Source of the DNA: Octopus vulgaris
Lineage: Eukaryota
NCBI GenBank assembly: GCA_951406725.2
Contig: OX597826.1
Coordinates: 55,676,001 to 55,740,000, forward strand
DNA: 64,000 nucleotides
Reading direction: 5' to 3'
The position numbers and the translations under genes are program-made. A model generated the notes under the pieces. The model was not told the origin of the DNA. It saw only the letters and a list, made by a program, of their open reading frames with translations, and did no database searches. Numbering within the stretch: position 1 is the first letter of the stretch; every line of letters starts with the position of its first letter. Positions 26,981 through 37,860 of the stretch are shown in pieces.

Positions 26981-27381
26981 TACTCTTTTACTTGTTTCAG
27001 TCATTTGACTGTGGCCATGCTGGAGCACCGTGTTTAACCGAGCAACTCGACTTATTCTTTTGTAAGCCCAGTACTTATTCTATCGGTTCTCTTTTGTCGA
27101 ACCGCTAAGTAACGGGGACATAAACACACCAGCATCGGTTGTCAAGCAATGCTAGGGGGACAAACACAGACACACAAACACACACACACACACACATATC
27201 TATTCATATACATATATACGACGGGCTTCTTTCAGTTTCCGTCTACCAAATCCACTCACAGGGCTTTGGTCGGCCCGAGGCTATTGTAGAAGACACTTGC
27301 CCAAGGTGCCACGCAGTGGCACTGAACCCGGAAACATGTGGTTGGTAAACAAGTTACTTACCACACAGCCACTCCTCCGCC
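26981..27381 (-). mobile_element. SINE group B
   Basis: Full-length homolog of 11478-11947 with an internal (CA)n tract. Confidence 0.9.
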
Positions 27382-27388
27382 ACATATA

Positions 27389-27448
<60 letters not shown>

Positions 27449-27856
27449 TATATATATCACTATATATGCGCATGCGTGGGAATCTGTGTGCTTAGTCATC
27501 TAATTTTTGAGTGTGTCTATGTTTTTTATGAATGAATGTGAAGTATACATTACACATGAAAGGAGAAAATATTAATATAAATATTGTGCGATAACAGAGT
27601 GATATCTTCGACATACATGCATACATCCATACACGGATACAATACATATATATAAGTGTGTGCATGTATGTGAATACATCAGTATGTATATATATATATA
27701 TAGACACATACATACATACATCTATATATATGTGGGCGTATATATGTACGTATATATACATATATGTGTGCGTATATATGTACGTATATATGCATATATG
27801 TAAATTGGCTGTAATACACACAGACACACACGCGGATATATATATTCATATATATG

Positions 27857-28110
27857 ACTGTCCGAAGTCAGGACGCTATGATAGATCGTTAGCTCCTACA
27901 CGCATTTTTTTCTCTCCTTGTTTCTCTCCTTGTTTTTTTCTCTCTTTGTTTCTCTGCTTGTTTTTTTTCTGTGTATCTTTCTGTCGAAGAGCATAGACTC
28001 GAAACGTAAAAGACTTTTTCTATTTCTATTCTTGAGCGCTATACTAATACATTTGTTTGTTCGTACTCCACCTGCCTTCGTCTTTTGTTTATTTTCGTAA
28101 ACTTTCCCTT
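27857..28110 (+). mobile_element. Penelope-like mini-element family P1 with hammerhead-like motif (27976-28013)
   Basis: TCTTT-CTGTCGA-A-GAG-CATAGA-CTC-GAAAC-GTA-AAAGA, embedded in (TA)n. Homologous to 13620-13836. Confidence 0.65.
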
Positions 28111-28117
28111 TATATAC

Positions 28118-28244
<127 letters not shown>

Positions 28245-28529
28245 ACACATATACAAAAATGCAGTTATTTATACATAAATCCCAGTAAACAAAGTGACTC
28301 TCATCCATGTATTTGTCAAACAGTTGTTGTGATGTATTATTATTATTGTTGTTGTTGTCGCTGTTGTTGTTGCTGCTTTGTTTTTCGTTGTTCTTATTCG
28401 TATTACTATTACTACGTGTATGTTGTGCTTGATATTATCGTGTTATGTAAAATGGCTGTTTTGATATTACAAAAACAATACGCACACACACTCAGACATA
28501 TATATATATACATATATATATACAGCACA

Positions 28530-28729
28530 GGACGGAACTTTGTCATTGAAAAGGTCGCAGTCTCAAAGCGACGAAATTATTTTGTCAAATAAAATTTTTA
28601 TGTTGAAGTGAATCTAACGGTTTTTGTGTGTTTCTTAAATGGCTTATAACCACCTTCCACGCTCCTATGATTTCGTTATAGCACACAATCTCAGATAAGG
28701 TCACTTGCTATGCAAGTACATCTTCGTAA
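28530..28729 (+). mobile_element. Penelope-like mini-element family P3
   Basis: Shares AGCACACAATCTCAGAT.AGGTCACTTGCT.TGCAAGTACAT with 23188-23229. Flanked by (TA)n. Confidence 0.6.
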
Positions 28730-28779
28730 ATATATATATATATAACAATAATAATAATAATAACAACAACAACAACAAC

Positions 28780-28863
<84 letters not shown>

Positions 28864-28869
28864 CCGTGT

Positions 28870-29075
28870 TACTACAGGCAAAAGGCCTGAAATTTGGGGA
28901 AGGGGGATGAGTCGATTTCATCGGCCCCAGTGTTCCACTGGTACTTAATTTATCAGCGCCGAAAGGATGAATGGTAAAGTTGACCTCGGCAAAATTTGAA
29001 CTCAGAACGAAGCGACGGGCAAGATTCCGCAAAGTATTTCGTGTACTGTGCTAACGATTATGCCAGCTAGCCGCC
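28870..29075 (-). mobile_element. SINE group C
   Basis: GAAAGGATGAATGGTAAAGTTGACCTCGGCAAAATTTGAACTCAGAACG...GCCAGCTAGCCGCC. Confidence 0.85.
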
Positions 29076-29084
29076 AGGAAACCA

Positions 29085-29330
29085 AAATTAGGGACGCACG
29101 TGAGAATGATAAAGAACTAAAAACCATTGAAAAGTACAGACTACTAAATGACGAATTTACAAAAATGTGGACTGTGTGGAGAGGGCCTGTCATCCTTGTA
29201 GTCGTAGGGGCAATCGGAGGACTAACAACCAAGTTCGAGAAATATGTCGAAGAATTGACATGAGTGGAGAGCAAGCCGCTACAACTGCTCTGCTGGGTAG
29301 AGTTATGATTTTGAGATTATTGGCATTTGG
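29085..29330 (+). mobile_element. Degenerate R4/Dong-like restriction-like endonuclease C-terminal fragment
   Basis: DKELKTIEKYRLLNDEFTKMW...VILVVVGAIG...TALLG...ILR parallels KEMEKLSKYKDLEIEVTRMW...IPIIVGALG...IALLGTAHILR at 45854-46093. Confidence 0.7.
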
Positions 29331-29498
29331 ATGTTGAATGTCTTCCAAGAAAATTAACAACCAATTATCAAAGCTTATAATGTGAGGAAAGAGACCTTGT
29401 GAAAACTCTGACAAGTTCATGTTTGCTCTCACACAATTACCAAGAACAGATAAAACAACAACAAAAACATCAATAAAACAACAACAACAACAATAATT

Positions 29499-29552
<54 letters not shown>

Positions 29553-29570
29553 TGTATGTATGTATGTATA

Positions 29571-29835
29571 TGATCATAATAAGTAACAAGGATATCCAAG
29601 GTAGTGTACGATATCCAAGGTAGTACGATCGTTTCATACTACTTCATTTTATTAAACACTTTATTTTATTAAAATGAAGTAGTAAGAAACGATTGTACTA
29701 TAGTACCTTGGCTATCCTTGTTGCTTATTATGATTATAATCACCACATTTCATTTATATGGATAATACCATACCAAATTCTGGTGCCTTTAAATTAAGTA
29801 CCATACTCATCTGAATCTAAATTTTGCTGAACTTA
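29571..29835. mobile_element. Microsatellite-embedded element with an inverted 5' duplication (arms 29571-29651 / 29670-29736)
   Basis: ATCATAATAAGTAACAAGGATATCCAAGGTA...ACTACTTCATTTTA pairs with TAAAATGAAGTAGT...TACCTTGGCTATCCTTGTTGCTTATTATGAT. (TA)/(TATG) tracts on both sides. Confidence 0.6.
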
Positions 29836-30064
29836 TATATATATATATATATATATATAATTCTCAAGCGGTGCATTCTCAAACGGATCCACGAAATCAA
29901 ATCAAATTTTACAAGGTAATGGTATTACACCCGCAAGTGTCAACATGTAATTTTTATTTTCCTTTAGATTAAAACAATGTAACATTTTCTCGAAAATAAT
30001 CTTTCTATAGTCAACTATAGTAAAGGACATTTTGTTCTACTACAACGACAACGACGACTCGAGA

Positions 30065-30252
30065 CTAAAGTTTTGTGGGGATGGGGATAAGTGGATTACA
30101 TCGACTCCAATGTTTCACTGGTTTATCGACCTCTAAAGGATGAAACGCAAAGTCAACCTCTGCAGAATTTGAACTCAGAGCATAACGACGGGCGTAAAAA
30201 CGCACTAACAATTTCGTCCAGCGCACTACCGATTCTGCCAGCTCGCCGCCTT
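30065..30252 (-). mobile_element. SINE group C
   Basis: AAGGATGAAACGCAAAGTCAACCTC..AATTTGAACTCAGA...TTCTGCCAGCTCGCCGCC. Confidence 0.8.
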
Positions 30253-30297
30253 AATAATAATAATAATAATAATAAAAATAACAATAATAATAATAAT

Positions 30298-30399
30298 GTA
30301 ACCTTATCAGGCGGGTGGTCATGATGGGTATGTATGCCTACATATATACCCATCATGACTCCGGTGTCACTTTGATGGAATGTACTTCTCTCTCACTCA

Positions 30400-30459
<60 letters not shown>

Positions 30460-30966
30460 GCTTCTGATCTTAACTGATTGGAAGTGTTATCATGTACATT
30501 GTTTTGTCTTGGTATAAAAGATGGGCTACAGCAAATATTCTGCTCAATACCACAGATTTGCTTGTCAGTTGCTTGACTTTAACCAGTTGAGCATGTCCCT
30601 TAGTGGCTGACGATATGTGCATATCTGATCACGAGCAGAAGTAGTGGCGGAGCATCATAGCCATGTGTTGAGAGGGATTCTTTGGGGTTTGAATAATTCA
30701 CCTCTGGAAACATGGGTGTTTCGTTCAACATCCTTTAACAACCCTTATTCAGGGACCTTTCGAGTGGGATGGGTTACTCGACCTGGGGGCCCCACCTGCA
30801 AGGTCATGTGCTGTTTATTTTGATATGAGATCACCATGTCGCACACATATGGTTGTGATGCATGTGCCTAGTGTACCCTTATCAGACGGGTAGTCATGAT
30901 GGGTATACTGGGTTTCGTATATTTTACCCCAGTGTCACTTTGATGGCATGCACCGCTCTCTCACTC

Positions 30967-31018
<52 letters not shown>

Positions 31019-31440
31019 GGTGTTATCATGTACATTGTTTTGTCGTGTTATCATGTACATTGTTTTGTCTTGGTATAAAAGATGAGCTACAGCAAATATT
31101 CTGCTCAATACCACGGATTTGCTTGTCAGTTGTTTGACCTTAACCAGTTGAGCATGTCCCTGAGTGACTGACGATATGTGCATCTCTGATCACGAGCAGA
31201 AGTAGTGGGGGAGCATCATAGCCATGTGTTGAGAGGGATTCTTTGTGCTTTGAATAATTCACCTCTGGAAACATGGGTGGTTCTTTCAACATCTTTAAAC
31301 AACCCTTATTCAGGGACCTTTTGGTTGTGATGCATGTGCCTAGTGTACCCTTATCAGACGGGTAGTCATGATGGGTATACTGGGCTTCGTATATTTTACC
31401 CCAGTGTCACTTTGATGGCATGCACTGCTCTCTCACTCAA
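30298..31440 (+). mobile_element. Three head-to-tail, 5'-truncated copies of one retroelement 3' end, separated by (AAT)n
   Basis: Copies at 30298-30399, 30458-30968 and 31019-31439 all end GTGTCACTTTGATGG.ATG.AC..CTCTCTCACTCA-(AAT)n but start at different 5' positions. Confidence 0.85.
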
Positions 31441-31451
31441 TAATAATAATA

Positions 31452-31498
<47 letters not shown>

Positions 31499-31547
31499 GA
31501 TGATAACAATGATGGTGATGGTGGTGGTGGTGGTGGTGGTGGTGGTG

Positions 31548-31613
<66 letters not shown>
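31441..31613. repeat. Compound trinucleotide microsatellite (AAT)(GAT)(GGT)(AGT)
   Basis: Directly visible. Confidence 0.95.
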
Positions 31614-31772
31614 TGATGATGTGTAAAAAAAGGAAGTGCGCCATTCTCTTGGTTTAGATAGATAAGTAGTTTTTAGTACCTGAGAATGTAATCAGTTTGT
31701 AATATTTCTTTTGTGTATGCTTGCATCTATTTGTGTATGTGCGTGTGTGTGTGTATGTGTGTGTGTGTGTAT

Positions 31773-31869
<97 letters not shown>

Positions 31870-32032
31870 TTCGCGCGTTTCCTCTTCTCTTGTCATTGCA
31901 CAAAGCATCTTCCACTTCGTGACCTTAGACTTTACCAATACGCTCTGAAACACTCCATGAAAACAATATCTAATCTCGAAGCCTTGTTTTGGTATAGGCA
32001 CGCGCGCACCCGTACACAAGGACACACAAACA

Positions 32033-32092
<60 letters not shown>

Positions 32093-32441
32093 CGCACACA
32101 CATATATACATATGCACACGCTCAAACACTGAGACACAAAGATATGTACTCTGATATACCTATATCTGTTTCGATATGTATCCTGTGCAGATAAACTTGT
32201 ATTGTATACATATATATATATATATACACATATATTAATACATGTATATATACGTATATATAAATGCATATATATGCACACACAATTATATATATATATA
32301 TACATATACATATATTAATACATGTATATATACGTATATATAAATGCATATATATACACACACAATTATATATATAAACACACATATGAGTATATATATA
32401 TATGCATATATGTGTGTTTGTCTGTGTGTCTGTGTGTCTGT

Positions 32442-32489
<48 letters not shown>

Positions 32490-33146
32490 AGACATAAACA
32501 CAGAAACATACACATACGTACGTCTGTTTGTACGTGTTTCTATATATTTATGCATACATCTGCGTGCATGTGTGTGTATGCACGTGTTTATGTCTGTGTG
32601 TGTGTGTGTGTTTTTGTACATAAATGTGTATATATCTATGCGCGTGTGTGACAGTTGTTATGGAATTTCAAGAAAAAAATATAAATTCCATTTCTGGAAA
32701 TACAATTCCATTTATCATATTTTTTCTTCTTTTTTTTTTCTATTTCTTTGATTTCGATTATGCATATTTTCATTATTTTTCTTTTTCCTTTGGAATCTTT
32801 TATTTAGTTTTTTTTTTATCCACTTTATTCTATCATCTTCGAGACATAGTGTGTTACCATTTATTAATGTTAATACAACATACAGTCTTCGTATGACAAT
32901 ACTATATTCTATTGGTATCACAAGTTCGATTCTCGGTGGAATCATTTTGCATTAACAGCATTAGTACGTCACTTTGTTATGAGAATTCTTCTTCAAAACC
33001 ACTTTTATCTACCGCTATAAGATATAAAAACAATCCTCCATATTTATTAAATATAACTGCCTACGTTGTTGTGCATCCTTGTTAATGAATTTGTTAGAAA
33101 CCTGTCGTATAAATATACATACATACACACATATATACAAAGATAC

Positions 33147-33178
<32 letters not shown>

Positions 33179-33194
33179 ATATAATTTAATATAA

Positions 33195-33344
33195 CAAGGG
33201 TGAAAAATTGAATATTAATTTGAATAATGTCAATTTAAAACCAGTGGTCTAGTATATTGAAAAATCTGAATTTTCAGAAACAATTATACTACAAATATAC
33301 AAGAAGGATGACCACTTACAGGTCTTCCCTCTTATACGTTTGTA

Positions 33345-33405
<61 letters not shown>

Positions 33406-33620
33406 ATAATATATATATATAAATTGAGATATGGGTTGTAAATGCAACCCTCCATGGGATAACATATATCCAATATACTGCTAGTGAAGTACCCAACAAA
33501 GTTACTACATAAATGTTAAGGATTGCGATACAGTCAATTCATTTACTGTATTATATGGGCAAAGGTAAAATGATTTACCACAAATTACTAATGCAAGATA
33601 AGAAAATGGAGAAATACATC
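33195..33620. mobile_element. Unclassified interspersed repeat in (TA)/(TG) tracts
   Basis: CAACC....GGGATAA.ACATAT.CCAATATACT.CT at ~33444-33483 recurs at ~34141-34178. Confidence 0.45.
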
Positions 33621-33727
33621 TAAATCAAATATCAGTTATCAGATAATACTCAATCACATACTTTATTAAACCACCACATAAGAGATACACATATATATAT
33701 ATATACATACATATATATAGACATACA

Positions 33728-33759
<32 letters not shown>

Positions 33760-33810
33760 CATATATATATAAATATATATATATACATATATATATATAC
33801 ATGCATATAT

Positions 33811-33974
33811 TGGTGCAGGACGCAACCAAGTGTGTAAACAACATGAAGTACGAAAACAAACGTCTTAAATACGCGAACAACGAGATATTAAATGGAAATT
33901 AGGACAGGTAACATGGAGACAACCATGCATCAGTTGTTGGTTGACTGTCTACACATTTCGAGCATTCACTGACA

Positions 33975-33978
<4 letters not shown>
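33811..33978 (-). mobile_element. Penelope-like mini-element family P2 (inverted homolog of 25120-25301)
   Basis: GGTGCAGGACG..GTAAACAACATGAAGTACGAAAACAAA...TTTCGAGCATTCACTGACAATAT is the reverse-complement homolog of the 25 kb copy. Confidence 0.65.
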
Positions 33979-34033
<55 letters not shown>

Positions 34034-34057
34034 CAACAACAACAATACACACACACA

Positions 34058-34115
<58 letters not shown>

Positions 34116-34456
34116 TCTTATATACGAGTTGGAGTTTAGACAACCATTTAAGGGATAATACATATCCAATATACTACTGGATGTATACCTAATATATATA
34201 TATATCCAAATGCTTACTGTTGCAAGGCCATTATTCATCATCATCTTCAGTATTATTTTTGTTATATTTTTTCTTCTTCTTTCAAATTTGATTCCATTTC
34301 TTGCCGAGTGTCTTCCCGACTCCTAGGGCAAAGAAACTCATAGTATACATCGGTAGGCCATTAAACTAGACTCACTAGTTCGTTCATTTTTTTTAAAGTT
34401 AAATTAAAATACATGGGTAGTAATAGCTCTCGCATCGACAATGCTCTTCTCAATTA

Positions 34457-34523
<67 letters not shown>

Positions 34524-34548
34524 CATTATTATTATCATTATTATTATC

Positions 34549-34671
34549 ATTCAGGTCACTGCCTGGAATCGAACTTGGAATCTTGGGATTAGTAGCCGGC
34601 GCTCTAAACCACTACGCCATATGCCCATGGGCTACTAATCCCAAGATTCCAAGTTCGATTCCAGGCAGTGA

Positions 34672-34678
<7 letters not shown>
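34549..34678. mobile_element. Palindromic (head-to-head) tRNA-derived SINE head
   Basis: Perfect 49-bp arms 34549-34597 / 34630-34678. Minus strand has A box TGGCGTAGTGG and B box GTTCGATTCC. The flanking (ATT)n and (AAT)n tracts extend the palindrome. Confidence 0.9.
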
Positions 34679-34742
<64 letters not shown>

Positions 34743-34749
34743 TTGATGA

Positions 34750-34816
<67 letters not shown>

Positions 34817-34834
34817 CAACAACAACAACAACAA

Positions 34835-35010
34835 CATCGAAAAATACCTTAGGAAAGAGAACCCAGTTTCGAGATTTCCTCAGGACACCTGATGAAGGCT
34901 GGAGAGTATATGAGCCGAAACGTGTTAACAAACATGATGAGGACAAACATCCATCAAATGTAAATAATGTAAATAATGTACATAATTCCTCATCTCAAAT
35001 ATAGAACTGT
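34835..35010 (+). mobile_element. Penelope-like tail with hammerhead-like motif (34884-34926)
   Basis: GACAC-CTGATGA-A-GGCT-(12 nt)-AGCC-GAAAC-GTGTT. Stems I and II can form, but no NUH triplet lies between GAAAC and stem I'. Confidence 0.55.
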
Positions 35011-35189
35011 ATCTTTGTTGTCAAATATTCTGAAGTTCTCAGAATTTTGCACAAGGATTGGATTTACATGTCATGCACGAAGATCTACCTTGGATATGTG
35101 TGGTATTTACACTTACTGGTATCTGATTGTTTAACGTTTAACCAAATTCTTTTAATACTGAGTGCTTTATGGATATCTGTCAGGGTTCT

Positions 35190-35740
35190 TTTAAGCACAG
35201 CAAAATTTACCAGTGATGCCCCTCAAGGGACTGTCTTTGACCCGCTCCTCCTTATAATCTATATATACGACCTTTCGAGCGTCATAACACAGCAAAGTGA
35301 AAATATTCGTTGATGACTCTAAGCCCCAGAAAATTATGAATGATGAAGACCGAACTCAAATCCAATTTGAACTACATGCTGTGAGTCAATGGGCAGACAA
35401 AAAGAAAATGCAACTAAACGAGGGAAAATTTGAGCTGATGCATTTTGGAAAAAAGAGTAAGCTAAAACAGCCATACTCTCTTCCTTCAGGGGAACCTCTC
35501 ACAGCATCAAATAATACCAGAGACCTAGCAGTAATTGTTGTAACAACCTCAGTTAGAGTGCCCACATCAACAATATGGTCGATATAGCTCGTAGGATGAG
35601 CCCCTGGATCCTAAGAACATTCCGGTTCAGAGAACAAGAGATGGGCCACCTATACCTGGATACAATTCACTCAACAAGAACTCCCTACTCGAATGGACCA
35701 TGATACCTCAAAACTTGACTTAAAAAGGATTTAGATAATC
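35190..35740 (+). mobile_element. Degenerate CR1/L2-group reverse transcriptase fragment
   Basis: TSDAPQGTVFDPLLLIIYIYDL / VKIFVDDSK...IQFELHAVSQWADKKKMQLNEGKFELMHFG resembles SGVPQGSVLGPLLF..YINDL...FADDTK...W....M.FN..K. Frameshifted. Confidence 0.85.
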
Positions 35741-35814
35741 CTATCAGGTGGCGCTGTTAAATTAGACATGGCCTGGGCCAATCTTAGGTCGAAATATATC
35801 TAAGTTAATCTAAG

Positions 35815-35852
<38 letters not shown>

Positions 35853-35917
35853 TATGTATATATGTATGCATTTATATACGTATGTATGGTATGTATGCAT
35901 GTGTGTATGTGTATTTT

Positions 35918-36105
35918 TCTGTTTGCCTACAACCACAACTTAACAACCGGTGTTAGTTTGGTTATTTCCCTGTAACTTAGCGTCTGGCAAAAGAAGTCGA
36001 TAGAATAAATACTAGACTTCAAATAAGAAAAATAAGTTCTAGGGTCGATTTACTAGACTAAACTAATCGAGACGGTACCCCAGCAAGACCACAGTTCAAT
36101 TAAGG
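35918..36105 (+). mobile_element. 3' part of SINE group B (degenerate)
   Basis: ACAACCGGTGTTAGTTTG..TGTAACTTAGCG..GGCAAAAGA..CGATAGAATAAATACTAG. Confidence 0.7.
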
Positions 36106-36221
36106 GAACCAATACAGACAACACTAATCGACCCATCGAAACCAACAAATACGGCTCCTCCTAGATGCTATGCATGATAGAAATAGTACAATATTCTACC
36201 TCAAATCACATCTTACGCCTT

Positions 36222-36779
36222 TTTTCCTACTCTAGGCACAAGGCCCGAGATTTTGGGGGAGGGGATGCCGGTCGATTATATCGACCCCACTACGCAACTG
36301 GTATTTAATTTATCGATCCCGAAAGCATGAAAGGCAAAGTCGACTGGAATTTGAACTCAGAACGTACAGACAGATGAAATACTTATTTCTTTACTACCCA
36401 CAAGGGGCTAAACACAGAGGAGACAAAAAAGGACATACAGACGGATTAAGTCGATTATATCGACCCCCAGTGCATAACTGGTACTTAATTTATAGACACC
36501 GAAATGATGAAAGGCAAAGTCGACCTCGGCGGAATTTGAACTCAGAACGTAACGGCAGACGAAATACCTATTTCTTTACTGTCTACAAGGGGCTACTCAC
36601 AGAGGGGATAAATGGGGACAGACAAACGGATTAAGTCGATTATATCGACCCCAGTGCGTAACTGGTACTTAATTTATCGACCCGAAAGGATGAAAGCAAA
36701 GTCGACCTCGGCGGAATTTGAACTCAGAACGTAACGGCAGACGACATACTGCTAAGCATTTCGCCCGCTCACCGCCTTA
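36222..36779 (-). mobile_element. Nested trimer of SINE group C
   Basis: Three bodies. Junctions GAAATAC|TTATTTC (~36381) and GAAATACC|TATTTC (~36568). Only one complete head, at 36750-36779. Confidence 0.9.
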
Positions 36780-37309
36780 CGCTTGATCCATACTCGACAT
36801 CACTTAGGTTGAGGTCGGATAATCTTACCATTCTTAATATGTACATTGTTTAATCACTTCTACAATGCTTCGAGAACTCAAGAGTGACCCTCTAAACGAT
36901 CTTGATTTCTTTATCACCTCTAAACCAAATTGCTACCCAGCCAACACAATGTTAAGCCTCAGAGAATTGACGCATTACGCCAAATAAAAGCTACCATTTC
37001 TCATTGAGTGTACTTCCGAACACCCCTAATTCCGCTTTCTATAATTGTTTGAGCGTTAAGCAATGTTAACCTGTGTTTTAAAACATACCACAATTTCAAG
37101 AACAACTGTCTTATCAACACATCCATTGTGCTAGCCATAGAATATGGCTTCGTAGTATTAAACTGGAACGTAATATACTATGGTCTCTCCTGCCATAGAC
37201 GACGGATGAAGACGCCTCAATTTTCTGCTTAACAACCTGCGCAAACGCTGTTTGTGATCAAATGTTTGTGCTGTTCATTAGAACACTTCTTTGGTCAAAT
37301 AGACTTTAT

Positions 37310-37468
37310 CTGTACAGGTGCACAGCGTGCCATACATCAGGTGTCGAAGTGACTGTAGAGTCGAGGAGCAACGTGGGAAGAAGTGCTTTTGGTTAAAACA
37401 TAACTCATCTCCCGTTTCGGGAACTGAAACCACGATTTTGTGATCGTGAGTAGAACACTCCGACCATT
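37310..37468 (-). mobile_element. Degenerate SINE group A 5' part
   Basis: GGAGCAACGTGGGAAGAAGTGC...CACGATTTTGTGATCGTGAGT resembles the group A core and head. Confidence 0.55.
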
Positions 37469-37469
37469 A

Positions 37470-37489
37470 TGTCTTTCTTTCTTTATTTC

Positions 37490-37542
<53 letters not shown>

Positions 37543-37740
37543 TTCCTTTCTTTCTTTCTCCTTTCCTTTCTTTCTACTTTCATTTCTTTCTTTCTTCCTT
37601 CCTTTCTTTCTTTCTTATTCTTTCTTTCTTTATTTATTTCCTTTCTTTCTTTCTTTCTTCCTTCCTTTCTTTCTTTCTCCTTTCCTTTCTTTCTTTCTTC
37701 TTTCCTTTCTTTCTTCCTTCCTTCCTTCCTTTCTTTCTTC

Positions 37741-37774
<34 letters not shown>

Positions 37775-37789
37775 GTCTCTGTCTCTCTA

Positions 37790-37838
<49 letters not shown>

Positions 37839-37860
37839 TATACACATACACACACACACA
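37470..37860. repeat. Polypyrimidine (CTTT)n/(CT)n/(CA)n tract
   Basis: Directly visible; about 350 nt of near-pure pyrimidine on the + strand. Confidence 0.95.

Noticed and set aside
30298-31440. CRISPR-like array
   Set aside because: Units are long homologous retroelement ends separated by microsatellite, not short repeats with unique spacers; the context is eukaryotic with no cas genes.
34549-34626. tRNA gene
   Set aside because: A and B boxes are present, but no convincing acceptor stem, and it is part of a palindromic repeat, so it is a tRNA-derived head. The same applies to the group A heads.
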